From NCBI GenBank assembly GCA_036448795.1, contig JAZFXQ010000057.1, positions 1 to 52,932 of the forward strand: a DNA stretch of 52,932 nucleotides. The letters are read 5' to 3'. Below, in pieces: positions 25,162 to 33,900 of this stretch. Position numbers and translations under genes: made by a program. The number at the start of each line of letters is the position of its first letter. Position 1 is the stretch's first letter. This DNA comes from Candidatus Margulisiibacteriota bacterium (GTDB lineage: Bacteria > Margulisbacteria > WOR-1 > O2-12-FULL-45-9). Under the pieces are notes generated by a model, which searched no databases, had not been told where the DNA came from, and saw only the letters and a program-made list of their open reading frames with translations.

Positions 25162-26079
25162 TTATCTCTTCTTCTTTTTATCTCTTTCCTTTATGGCCTC
25201 TTCAATAATTCTTGTTTTTTCAATGAGGTAGGGATCAAGCCCTGCCATTTCGTGAACCTGTTTCAGAAGCTTGATCGCTTTGGGATGGGTCACAATGTCT
25301 GCCAGGTCGAGTTTGGCCCGGGCAATCAGGTCGGTGTAGGCAAAGGGCATTTTGAGGACTTCGGTTAAGAGCTTTTCCGCTTTTTCAAAGTCTCCTTTTT
25401 TGGCTCGACGAGTCAGGACTTCGGATTTCAACACCTTTCCTTTGTTTGCGAAGTAATCATCCGGCCTGGCTTTGAGTTCCTTCAGAGCAAAGTCGCACAG
25501 CTTGATGGCCGCGCCCAGGTCTTCCGGGTCGCGGTAGAGGATTATTTCAGCTTTTGAAAGAAGCGCCCTTCCCCTGAAATACCAATGCGCATCCTGTTCC
25601 TTAACTATCTGGTTGATCAGTCTCAAGGCATAACTCCAGTCTCCTTTATCCCGACGGGCCAGGCGCAGTTCAGCCTCCACAATATAGGTTTTGGCCGCGA
25701 AGAAATCAGAAACATCGCTCCCCAGGATTTTACGGGCCTTCTCACACAAGGAGATGGCATTCCCAAATTCCTCAGGGGTTCCGATTGAAAGTTCAGATTT
25801 ACCGATCAGGGCGCGTGCTTTAAGATAGGCGGGAGGATTACGAAGCAGAATCTGGTCATAAAGTTTCATGGCTTCAGCATGATCACCCGGTTCACCGCGT
25901 CCAACTAAAAGATCCGCAATGCCGAACATGATCTCCGGGGCGTCGGCCCGCTTGGGATGCTGGGATAATATGTAGTGGTAGCGTTTAAGGGCCTTGTTTA
26001 TTTTTTCCTTTTCCGAAGGAATGGGGAAGCCGAGTTCCTTATCCACAATGTAGCTCATGATCGGGGAAAGGATTGCCAT
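25162..26079 (-). CDS. helical-repeat (TPR-like) protein, function unknown
   Basis: I chose the start at ATG 26079 (MAILSPIM..), which has AAGGTGA upstream. Repeated A..Y/L..A-type helical hairpins and a Lys-rich tail. Its stop abuts the dehydratase start. Confidence 0.55.
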   Translation of the reverse strand: MAILSPIMSYIVDKELGFPIPSEKEKINKALKRYHYILSQHPKRADAPEIMFGIADLLVGRGEPGDHAEAMKLYDQILLRNPPAYLKARALIGKSELSIGTPEEFGNAISLCEKARKILGSDVSDFFAAKTYIVEAELRLARRDKGDWSYALRLINQIVKEQDAHWYFRGRALLSKAEIILYRDPEDLGAAIKLCDFALKELKARPDDYFANKGKVLKSEVLTRRAKKGDFEKAEKLLTEVLKMPFAYTDLIARAKLDLADIVTHPKAIKLLKQVHEMAGLDPYLIEKTRIIEEAIKERDKKKKR

Positions 26080-26154
26080 GTTTATCACCTTTCTTTTAGA
26101 GTCATTGTTAACTGGTTGATTCTTAATTGTATATAATGTAAAATATAAAGTCAA

Positions 26155-26934
26155 ATGGAACAGATTGCCCCGCAGCGCGAAAAAGAGCTCCATGAAATTG
26201 AAAAGAGGCTAGGGACTTGCTTCCTCAACAAAGCTTTACTTAATCAATCACTGACCCACAGTTCTTACGGCCATGAAAAAAAGATCCCGGATAACGAACG
26301 GATGGAATTTCTGGGAGACGCCATCTTGAAATTAGTGGTCAGCGAATATCTCTACCATAAATTTCCTGAGCGCGCTGAAGGAGATCTTACCAAGATAAGG
26401 GCGGCAGTTATCTCGGATGAAACCTTGGCCTTTGTGGGACGGAAGCTCGATATAGGGAATTATCTGCTTTTGAGCGCGAACGAAAGAAGAACCGGGGGCG
26501 TGCGGAGAAAATCGAATTTGGCAAATGCTTTTGAGGCGGTTATTGGCGCAGTTTTCCTGGATGGGGGGATTGGCAAGTCACGCGAGTTGATCTTGGGTAT
26601 CTTGGAAAAGGAGATCGAGAAGGCATCCCGTGCGGGGTATATTCGTGATTATAAATCCGCCTTACAGGAGTTTACTCAGAAGCGCAAATGGGAACTTCCG
26701 CGCTACAGAGTTATTAAAGAGACCGGGCCCAAGCACCGCCGAGTTTTTTGGATGGAGGTTAAGATCAGGGGGAGGCGCTACGGAGTAGGGAGAGGTAGAA
26801 ACAAGAAGGAATCCGAACAGAGGGCAGCCATGCAGGCCTTAAGGGGGTTAAAGACGGAGAAGAAGGAGACAGGAAGAGAGGGGAAGGGTTTTCGGGGGAT
26901 TATTTCGCAGGTAAGAAAAAGGATCAAGATCTAA
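26155..26934 (+). CDS. rnc: ribonuclease III
   Basis: ERMEFLGDAILKLVVSEYLY signature, a dsRBD (DYKSALQEFTQKRK..PRYRV), and a basic C-terminal extension. Confidence 0.9.
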   Translation: MEQIAPQREKELHEIEKRLGTCFLNKALLNQSLTHSSYGHEKKIPDNERMEFLGDAILKLVVSEYLYHKFPERAEGDLTKIRAAVISDETLAFVGRKLDIGNYLLLSANERRTGGVRRKSNLANAFEAVIGAVFLDGGIGKSRELILGILEKEIEKASRAGYIRDYKSALQEFTQKRKWELPRYRVIKETGPKHRRVFWMEVKIRGRRYGVGRGRNKKESEQRAAMQALRGLKTEKKETGREGKGFRGIISQVRKRIKI

Positions 26935-28223
26935 TGGCGGGTTTGCTCATCAAGAACGGTAGAGTAATCGATCCAGCCTCCAAGCTGGATGGGAAAAGAG
27001 ACATTCTGATTGTAGGGGATAAAATAAAATCAATAAAGTCTCGAGTCACGAGCCGCGGGGCACGGGTCATAGATGCAAAAGGAATGCTGGTTCTGCCTGG
27101 CTTGATCGATATGCATACACACCTTCGAGATCCCGGTCGCCCAGATAAAGAAACCATTGCAAGCGGGACACGGGCGGCAGCCCGGGGCGGATTTACCACC
27201 CTTTGCTGTATGGCAAATACAGAGCCACCCATTGATAATCCAGCCGTAGTGAAGTACGTGCGAAACAAGGCGGAGACAGAGGGGGTAGTTAATGTTTATC
27301 CGGTTGCGGCAGTCACGAAAGGACTTAAGGGAGAGGCCTTAGCGGAGATGGGGCTGATGTTAGAAGAGGGGGCAGTGGCCTTCTCAGATGATGGAAATTC
27401 GGTCATGCGGGCAGATCTAATGCGGAGAGCCGTAGAATACGCAAGACAGTTTGGTGTGCCAGTCATTTCTCATTGTGAGGATAAAAATCTATCACATGCT
27501 GGAGCAATGAATGAGAGCGCACTTTCAACTGCGATTGGTCTGCCCGGGATACCGGCCCTCTCTGAGGAAATTATGGTGGCACGGGATATCAGGCTAGCTC
27601 AGGAATACGGAAGAGTTCATATTGCCCACATTTCCTCAGCCAGATCAGTGGAGCTAATTCGTCAAGCAAAAAGGAAAGGGATTCCGCTCACATGCGAAAC
27701 TTGCCCGCATTATTTTAGTCTGACCGAAGAGGCGATCATGGAATATGACACAAATGCCAAGGTTAATCCTCCACTTAAGGCAAAAGAAGATGTTAAAGCT
27801 GTCATGAGGGGGCTTAAAGATGGCACCATCGATTGTATCGTGACTGACCATGCCCCTCACAATATTGAAGAAAAGAATGTCGAGTTTAATTTGGCTGCCT
27901 TTGGCATGATCGGGTTGGAAACCGCTCTGGCTCTGGTTTTGACCAAGCTGGTCAACGTCAAGGTCCTGACCTTGAAAAAGGCGATTGAAAAAATGACAGT
28001 TGCTCCAGCGAAAATTCTTAATTTAAATAAAGGAACGCTTGGGGTTGGGGCAGATGCGGATGTTATTATTGTTGATCCCAAGGCCGAGTGGGCTGTGGAT
28101 GCAGAACAGTTTGCCTCCAAGAGTAGAAATACCCCCTTCCAGGGCTGGAAGCTCAAAGGAAAGGTTCTCTACACTATCGTGGGCGGCAAGGTTGTGGTGA
28201 AAGATGGCAAGCTTGCTGCCTAA
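26934..28223 (+). CDS. pyrC: dihydroorotase
   Basis: LPGLIDMHTHLRDPG, a cyclic amidohydrolase fold, and VTDHAPH. The ATG overlaps the rnc stop. Confidence 0.85.
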   Translation: MAGLLIKNGRVIDPASKLDGKRDILIVGDKIKSIKSRVTSRGARVIDAKGMLVLPGLIDMHTHLRDPGRPDKETIASGTRAAARGGFTTLCCMANTEPPIDNPAVVKYVRNKAETEGVVNVYPVAAVTKGLKGEALAEMGLMLEEGAVAFSDDGNSVMRADLMRRAVEYARQFGVPVISHCEDKNLSHAGAMNESALSTAIGLPGIPALSEEIMVARDIRLAQEYGRVHIAHISSARSVELIRQAKRKGIPLTCETCPHYFSLTEEAIMEYDTNAKVNPPLKAKEDVKAVMRGLKDGTIDCIVTDHAPHNIEEKNVEFNLAAFGMIGLETALALVLTKLVNVKVLTLKKAIEKMTVAPAKILNLNKGTLGVGADADVIIVDPKAEWAVDAEQFASKSRNTPFQGWKLKGKVLYTIVGGKVVVKDGKLAA

Positions 28224-28824
28224 ATGTTTAGTTATTGTATCTTGTTTTTTGGTTATTTCGCTTAGTGGCTGCGGTGACGTTGACAGCGAGCTTGCCAATT
28301 TAACCATTTCTCCCTCAAGTGCCACAATTGGAATTAATCAATCTCAGCTTTTTACGGTTATTGGGAAAGATGGGTTTGGTTTGATTGTTGAGGTTGATCC
28401 AACCTGGAGTTTAACCGGTGGAATCGGGGATATTCGTTCGAGTGGTTTATTTACTGCGGGTTCAACCAGCGGTGAGGGAACGGTAGTGGCTAGTTATGGA
28501 GAAAAATCGGAAAGTGCGTCAGTTACGGTGACGGAAAATGGATGGCTTGAAGGAAGAGTCCAGAATAGTGTTTATGGTTATGTTCCCGGGATAAGAGTTG
28601 AATTAATAGATACTTCTCTTTTTGATTTTTCTGACAGCGACGGGAGATATTCCATCTCGAATATCCCACCCGGGACCTATGAAGCACGTACTCGAGAAAC
28701 TCAAATCTATCAAGTAGCTTCTTTAGAGGTAACCATTGATAGAGGAGAAACAGAAACATGGGATATCTTTTTGGAAACACTGCCTGGAGTTACTCCCGTT
28801 CCTACAACCACCAATCCTTTTTAA
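28204..28824 (+). CDS. lipoprotein with Big_2-like Ig domain and carboxypeptidase-regulatory-like domain
   Basis: Lipobox VISLSGC, an LTISPSSATIGINQSQLFTV segment (Big_2-like), and GRVQNS..PGIRVEL..SDSDGRYSISNIPPGTY (CarboxypepD_reg-like). Confidence 0.6.
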   Translation: MASLLPKCLVIVSCFLVISLSGCGDVDSELANLTISPSSATIGINQSQLFTVIGKDGFGLIVEVDPTWSLTGGIGDIRSSGLFTAGSTSGEGTVVASYGEKSESASVTVTENGWLEGRVQNSVYGYVPGIRVELIDTSLFDFSDSDGRYSISNIPPGTYEARTRETQIYQVASLEVTIDRGETETWDIFLETLPGVTPVPTTTNPF

Positions 28825-28827
28825 GTT

Positions 28828-29169
28828 ATGGCAGAGGAATTCAATCCAGCTGAAGAAGGCCGTCGTATTGCCCACGAGTATTTAAGTAAGCGCGGTTGGA
28901 CGCGCGAGTGGCGCAGAACCCTGAATCGCCAATTATATCCCGGAGTTCAAAGGGAGGAATTTGAGGCCAAGCAGAGGCAGTGCGATCAGATGGAGGAGGA
29001 AGCCGAAGAGATTTTTTCCCGAAATATTGAGCGCTGGAGACACGATCCTTCTCCGCAGGCCAAGGAAGTTCTGCATGCCATTGTTGAAGTGATGGGAAAA
29101 AGGCTAGATCTTGGATTCTTTGCAAAGAGGATTGTGGATCGCTTGGAGAGAGAACTGGGGCCAATTTAA
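28828..29169 (+). CDS. hypothetical charged helical protein (113 aa)
   Basis: The ORF starts 3 nt after the upstream stop and has a protein-like helical composition. The equally long antisense ORF is Pro/Ser low-complexity. Confidence 0.45.
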   Translation: MAEEFNPAEEGRRIAHEYLSKRGWTREWRRTLNRQLYPGVQREEFEAKQRQCDQMEEEAEEIFSRNIERWRHDPSPQAKEVLHAIVEVMGKRLDLGFFAKRIVDRLERELGPI

Positions 29170-29175
29170 AGTGAA

Positions 29176-29202
29176 GGGGGCGCGCTCTCCGCGAACGCCC
29201 CC
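29176..29202. terminator. bidirectional rho-independent terminator hairpin between convergent genes
   Basis: GGGGGCG cgctctccgcgaa CGCCCCC is followed by ctcttatttg on the + strand and a T-rich run on the - strand. Confidence 0.6.
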
Positions 29203-29213
29203 CTCTTATTTGA

Positions 29214-30119
29214 TTACTTTTCGAGAACTAACCGGACTGGTGAAGGGAATGTATGATTCTTGCCTTTATATTTAAAACTGAGGAAATCAACATGAATATC
29301 TAGATAGTCAGCGTAGGCGGTGGTCGCGCTTTCCGAAATTGGCTCAACTTTTACTGGCCCTTTTGCCGGTAGAGCGATCTTGTTCTCGATCATATATTTG
29401 GCCAGCTCTAGTTTGAACTTGCTCACATTTCCTCTCTTAATAAGACCAAGCTGCCACGCTCTCTTTTTGCTTCCCTTTTCGCATATATTGGAATCGCGCC
29501 CATGATCCCTCCATGGTTTAACGCGAAGCCTCTTTGCTAAATTATACACATCCATATTAACGTATGGTCTTTTCGCTGCTCGTGAAAGCCAGGGGTGTTT
29601 TATTTTATCCGCCCATCCGATCTCCTCCCTGCTTTCCGTTTGCAATTCATTGATCTGTTCCGGGGTAAAGTACTCTGGATTTTTATCTTTGAAGGTCTCA
29701 CGTATTCCGTCGCGTTGAATTATAAGGGCTTCAGCAAAACGAACGGTTTTATCCTTATATTTAAAACCCACGAAAAGGAAAACCGCCCGGTTGCAAAAAA
29801 AGTCCTGTTGCCAATTTTTCGTATCGCTTTCTGAAAATGGCTCGATCTCTATGGTGCCCCTTTGGGAGATTTTGATCTTCTCGGCGAGCAGTGCCTGCGC
29901 TATTTCAAGTTTGATCTTGCTCCGATTTGTCCGCTCGAACGATGATAGTTTCTCCAGAAAGAGACCCTCTCCCCGTCTAAAATTTCGCCAATTTTTTATC
30001 CGGATTCTCTTTGCCAGATTATATACGTCCATATTGATGCCTTTTTTTAGCGCCATTTGAGAAAGGAAGGGGCGCCTTACTTTCTCTGCCAACCCCATTC
30101 TAGCTCCAGCTGTAACCAT
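29214..30119 (-). CDS. hypothetical protein with an internal two-fold duplication (301 aa)
   Basis: SD GGGGGA lies 8 nt before the ATG. The two halves share NMDVYNLAKR(I/L)R(I/V)K.WR, SK(I/F)KLE(I/L)A, (I/V)EP(F/I)SES and FKYK.K...F. Confidence 0.6.
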   Translation of the reverse strand: MVTAGARMGLAEKVRRPFLSQMALKKGINMDVYNLAKRIRIKNWRNFRRGEGLFLEKLSSFERTNRSKIKLEIAQALLAEKIKISQRGTIEIEPFSESDTKNWQQDFFCNRAVFLFVGFKYKDKTVRFAEALIIQRDGIRETFKDKNPEYFTPEQINELQTESREEIGWADKIKHPWLSRAAKRPYVNMDVYNLAKRLRVKPWRDHGRDSNICEKGSKKRAWQLGLIKRGNVSKFKLELAKYMIENKIALPAKGPVKVEPISESATTAYADYLDIHVDFLSFKYKGKNHTFPSPVRLVLEK

Positions 30120-30202
30120 TTTTTGTTCCCCCTTAATTTATATTTTAGTTTTTCAGATATCGACCTTCGTCAGCCTCTTTGGGCATCTGAGTTTCCAAAA
30201 TT

Positions 30203-30233
30203 TTAGGGAACGTACTCTCCGCACGTTCCCTAA
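30203..30233 (-). terminator. perfect 11-bp stem hairpin: terminator of the radical-SAM gene and/or attenuator in the leader of 29214-30119
   Basis: TTAGGGAACGT actctccgc ACGTTCCCTAA. On the - strand it is followed by AATTTTGG. It lies downstream of motif site E. Confidence 0.45.
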
Positions 30234-30275
30234 GTTTTTCCTTATTTGCGGAGAGCAAATGTCTCTCTATATGTA

Positions 30276-30303
30276 TTATCGTCACTTTTTGGAAGAAATT
30301 TCA
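30276..30303 (-). promoter_or_regulatory. sigma28-like promoter motif (site E)
   Basis: Reverse strand reads TGAAATTT cttccaaaaagt GACGATAA tacatatagagagac, 156 nt upstream of ATG 30119. Confidence 0.6.
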
Positions 30304-30317
30304 TATTTTGCAGAAAA

Positions 30318-31205
30318 TTAAATGCGAGGGAAACCTCGATGCAAGCCTTCCTTTTTAGCCATATCGATGGCTTCTCTATATTCTTCATGGGATATTCTTC
30401 GATCAAGCGGAGGGAAGTCCCAGGCCTGGCCGCAGGGGCGATACTGATCCATGATGTTAACATAGGAATCTTTGGATAGCTCGGAAGCTATAAAATGCAT
30501 GACGCTTCCAGTTCCAGCTAATCCTCCCGGAAGAACCAAGTGTCTGATTAGCATTCCACGCTCAGCGATCCCTTCTTTGTTCATGATTAGATCTCCCACC
30601 TGTCGATGCATTTCTTTAAAGGCTGCCCTGGCTACTTCCGGATAATCTTTGGCTTCTTTTGAATAACTGCTAGCCACTTCTTTATCCCAGTATTTAAAAT
30701 CCGGCATGTAAATATCAATTACATCTTCCATAAGCTTTAATTCCTGGATAGAATCGTAGCCTCCGGTATTGTAAACCAGGGGAACCTTTAGTCCCTGGGG
30801 AATGGCGATCTCAAGTGCGGCTAGGATCTGTGGAACCTGATGGGAAGGGGTAACAAAGTTGATATTGTGGCAGCCAAGTTTCTGCAGATAGAGCATCTGA
30901 TCGGCAAATTCTTCTATGGAGACTACTTTACCCATCATGCTGTGGCTTATTTCGTAATTCTGACAGTACAAGCAATGCAGATTACAACCGGTTAAAAAGA
31001 TTGTTCCTGATCCATGCCGGCCCACCAGAGGAGCTTCTTCGCCAAAGTGCGGGCTGGCAGAAGAGAGCATAGGATCTTTTCCAACCTTGCAATCCCCAAG
31101 CTCTCCTTTGAGTCGATTGACTTTGCATTCACGGGGGCAAAGGGTACAGTTTTCAAGAATTTTATAAGCTTTTTCGATTTTTTCTCGAAGCTCTCTGTTA
31201 CCCAC
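30318..31205 (-). CDS. radical SAM protein, PflX-like (putative glycyl-radical-enzyme-activase-like)
   Basis: CTLCPRECKVNR, followed by the GCNLHCLYCQN CxxxCxxC cluster motif. 295 aa, GTG start. Confidence 0.75.
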   Translation of the reverse strand: MGNRELREKIEKAYKILENCTLCPRECKVNRLKGELGDCKVGKDPMLSSASPHFGEEAPLVGRHGSGTIFLTGCNLHCLYCQNYEISHSMMGKVVSIEEFADQMLYLQKLGCHNINFVTPSHQVPQILAALEIAIPQGLKVPLVYNTGGYDSIQELKLMEDVIDIYMPDFKYWDKEVASSYSKEAKDYPEVARAAFKEMHRQVGDLIMNKEGIAERGMLIRHLVLPGGLAGTGSVMHFIASELSKDSYVNIMDQYRPCGQAWDFPPLDRRISHEEYREAIDMAKKEGLHRGFPRI

Positions 31206-31251
31206 GACTTAATTATAGCAAATCCGATAAGCGCGTGATAGAATATTACAA

Positions 31252-32241
31252 ATGATTCTGGTGTGGTTAAAGTTCATCATCTGCGTTGCGATCATCTTCT
31301 TTGCCGGTTCCAAGCTTGCCAGATACTGGGACGCGATCGCTCATAAGACCGGGCTAAGTCACGCTTGGGTCGGGATCGTTCTTTTAGCGATTGTCACATC
31401 CCTTCCCGAGCTGGCTAACGGGATATCCTCTGTCGCTTTAGCCAGGATTCCTGACCTGGCCATGGGAGATCTCCTTGGCGCCTGTATGATGAATATGTTC
31501 TCGCTGGCCATGCTTGATCTGATCTGGGGGCTGCGCGGCCGCGAATCTTTGTTCAAAACATTTCGAGAAAGCAACCTGGTCTCGACCTTTTTCGGAGTCC
31601 TGCTCTTGTTGATTGCGTCCGCAGCATTGGCTCTGAGTCAATTCTTGTTTGATTTCTCTCTATTCGGCGTTTCTATTTATTCCTTTGTTATTCTGGGTGT
31701 GTATATCGCTGCGCTGAAGGTTCTTGGCCAGCATATGGATGAAGAAGAGGTGGACGAGGAAGAATACGCTCATCTTTCCGACCTTCAGGTATATATTGTT
31801 TTCTTTATATTGGCCTTGATAGTTATTGGAGCAGGAATATGGCTGCCTTTCATCGGCAGCGAGATTGTTTCGGTCATGGGCTGGGGAAAGACTTTTGTGG
31901 CGGTCTTGTTCATTGCCTTGGCGACCACTCTGCCCGAGTTAACAGTATCTTTGACCGCTTTGCGCATGGGTGAGACCAGCATGGCCATTGGCAACCTGGT
32001 TGGCAGCAATATTTTTAATGTAGCGATAATTTTTGTGGTGGATATTTTCAATCAACCTGCTTCGCTTCTTTCAGCGGTCTCTCAAAATATGATCTATGCG
32101 GCCCTCTTCGGGGCGCTCCTCATGGGAATAGCCTTTTTTGCCTTGAAAAAGCAGATCGCAAACCGCATCCCTGCGTTGATCATCATTCTGCTTTACCTTT
32201 TCTCCCTCTTTTTCATTTTCCAGGCCGGCGCACTGTCGTAA
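31252..32241 (+). CDS. Ca2+/Na+ antiporter family (CaCA) membrane protein
   Basis: Two alpha-repeats (TSLPELANGISSV; TTLPELTVSLTALRMGETSMAIGNLVGSNIFN) and about 10 TM helices. TGaTAGAAT (31236-31244) lies 7 nt before the ATG. Confidence 0.8.
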   Translation: MILVWLKFIICVAIIFFAGSKLARYWDAIAHKTGLSHAWVGIVLLAIVTSLPELANGISSVALARIPDLAMGDLLGACMMNMFSLAMLDLIWGLRGRESLFKTFRESNLVSTFFGVLLLLIASAALALSQFLFDFSLFGVSIYSFVILGVYIAALKVLGQHMDEEEVDEEEYAHLSDLQVYIVFFILALIVIGAGIWLPFIGSEIVSVMGWGKTFVAVLFIALATTLPELTVSLTALRMGETSMAIGNLVGSNIFNVAIIFVVDIFNQPASLLSAVSQNMIYAALFGALLMGIAFFALKKQIANRIPALIIILLYLFSLFFIFQAGALS

Positions 32242-32291
32242 TCCCGACACTTCCCTTCCCGCATCCCTCGTCCCGCATCCCGCATACCCCT
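32242..32291 (+). repeat. intergenic heptanucleotide array (TCCCGCA-type)
   Basis: tcccgca tccctcg tcccgca tcccgca tacccct, in phase from 32257, with degenerate units upstream. Confidence 0.6.
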
Positions 32292-32317
32292 GGTAATAAG
32301 ATTGCTGTCTGTTCCAT

Positions 32318-32743
32318 ATGATCCTCGGACAGCAAACGATTCTTAAATTAATTCTTATTGTTTTATTAGTCTTGGCATTATCATCTTGTGCTTCTGTCAA
32401 AGAGAAAGCTGAGGTAAGCCTTGAAGAGGAAGAGTCAGAGATTATTGCGGAAAAGGCAGCCTCAGCTGAAGGGGATGTCCGTAAGCCAATCTATGTTTAC
32501 GAAAACCAACCGAAAAAAGTTTCTTTGAAAGAAATAACATTAACAATGCATAGCGAGCCCCTCCTCCTGCCCAACGGCTATGTTCGGTTAGTTGGGGTGG
32601 TCAGTGGGGGAAGACCGATGGCTCTGATTGAGGTCGGGGGGAGAGGGCTTTGTGTTGATGTGGGAGATGAGATTGGTAAATACAGGGTTGCCTGGATTTC
32701 AAGAGAAAAAATCAAGCTGGTAAGAAAAGGGGAGGATCAATAA
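32318..32743 (+). CDS. lipoprotein, PilP/GspC-like secretin-associated protein
   Basis: Lipobox LALSSC. The C-terminal VRLVGVVSGGRPMALIEVGG..VDVGDEIGKYRVAWISREKIKL resembles the PilP/GspC beta domain. It ends at the secretin start (ATAATG). Confidence 0.5.
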   Translation: MILGQQTILKLILIVLLVLALSSCASVKEKAEVSLEEEESEIIAEKAASAEGDVRKPIYVYENQPKKVSLKEITLTMHSEPLLLPNGYVRLVGVVSGGRPMALIEVGGRGLCVDVGDEIGKYRVAWISREKIKLVRKGEDQ

Positions 32744-33900
32744 TGTTTAAAAAAATTGTGCTTCTATGCTGTTGTGCCACTATCTTTCTGAGTCTCGCGG
32801 AGGCCAGTGAGCTGATCGCCAGAGTGGATTTTGCGGATGCGGCAGTATTAGATGTGGTCCAAACACTGGCACGGCAGGCCGGTTTAGAGTTGATAATCAG
32901 CGGAGACAGTGCTTTGGCGCAGAACAAGCGGACAACCGTGCATTTGAAGGATATTACAGCCGAGGAGGCCATTGATTATGTTGTGAAAACAAATGGCCTG
33001 GCTTTTGAGCGGAAAGGAAAAGTTATCCTGGTTTCTGTGTTGCCTCAGGGGCCTGCGGCGTATAAGGGAGAGATCGAAACCCTGAGCCTCAAATATCTTT
33101 CTGCTGAAAGAATGTCGGCTCTGCTGGCTAAAGTACTTCCCGCATTAAAGGCCACTAGCGGGGGAAGCGCAAATTCCTTAATCCTTCAGGGGAGCTCCGC
33201 TCTTATTGAAGAGGCCCGGAAACTCATTTCTTCAGTTGACAGACCGGTTCCTCAAATATTGATCGAGAGCAAGGTATTGGAGATTTCTGAATCAGATTCT
33301 ATGCGTTTGGGGTTCTCTTATGGCCGGGAGAAAGGAGCTTTCAAATTTATAACTGACAAGAAAAGCGGGCAAACCGTCCCGGCGGAGGATTTGCAGACAA
33401 CCTTGAATGCTCTTATAGGGAATGGCAAGGCAAACGTTGTAGCCAGCCCCAGGATCGCGACTTTGGATAACCATGAAGCGGTGATCAATATCGGCAGCCG
33501 TATCCCTTACGCGGTTCCGGTAAGCAACGGTTCCAGTAGCACTCAGTGGACGGTTGAGTACATCGAGGCAGGGGTGAAGCTAAAGATCACTCCGCGCCTT
33601 GGTCAAGAAGGCTACATTACTACTTCGATTCAACCTGAGGTTTCTTCAGTTTCAGAATGGCGGACCACCGCTGCGGGCGAATTCCCGGTAATCACTACCC
33701 GGAACGCCCAAGCCACTCTTAGGGTTAGAGATGGTGAGACCATTGTGGTGGGAGGATTGCTTTCTGAGTCTGATCGCGAAAATATTTCCAGATTGCCAAT
33801 CCTGGGATATTTACCGGTAATAGGTTTGCTTTTCCAAAATAAGACCGTAGAGAAGGCGAAGACCGAGATAGTTTTTCTAATTACACCCCATGTTATCTAA
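32743..33900 (+). CDS. secretin (type II secretion/type IV pilus family), short form
   Basis: N-terminal STN/N0-like domain, then NVVASPRIATLDNHEAVINIG, ATLRVRDGETIVVGGL and LPILGYLPVIGLLF..TEIVFLITPHV. Confidence 0.85.
   Translation: MFKKIVLLCCCATIFLSLAEASELIARVDFADAAVLDVVQTLARQAGLELIISGDSALAQNKRTTVHLKDITAEEAIDYVVKTNGLAFERKGKVILVSVLPQGPAAYKGEIETLSLKYLSAERMSALLAKVLPALKATSGGSANSLILQGSSALIEEARKLISSVDRPVPQILIESKVLEISESDSMRLGFSYGREKGAFKFITDKKSGQTVPAEDLQTTLNALIGNGKANVVASPRIATLDNHEAVINIGSRIPYAVPVSNGSSSTQWTVEYIEAGVKLKITPRLGQEGYITTSIQPEVSSVSEWRTTAAGEFPVITTRNAQATLRVRDGETIVVGGLLSESDRENISRLPILGYLPVIGLLFQNKTVEKAKTEIVFLITPHVI

Noticed and set aside
31223-31230. TCCGATAA upstream of the antiporter gene as a sigma28 -10
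   Set aside because: The position 12 nt upstream reads CACGACTT with no TGAAATTT-like element. The TGaTAGAAT extended -10 at 31236-31244 explains this promoter better.
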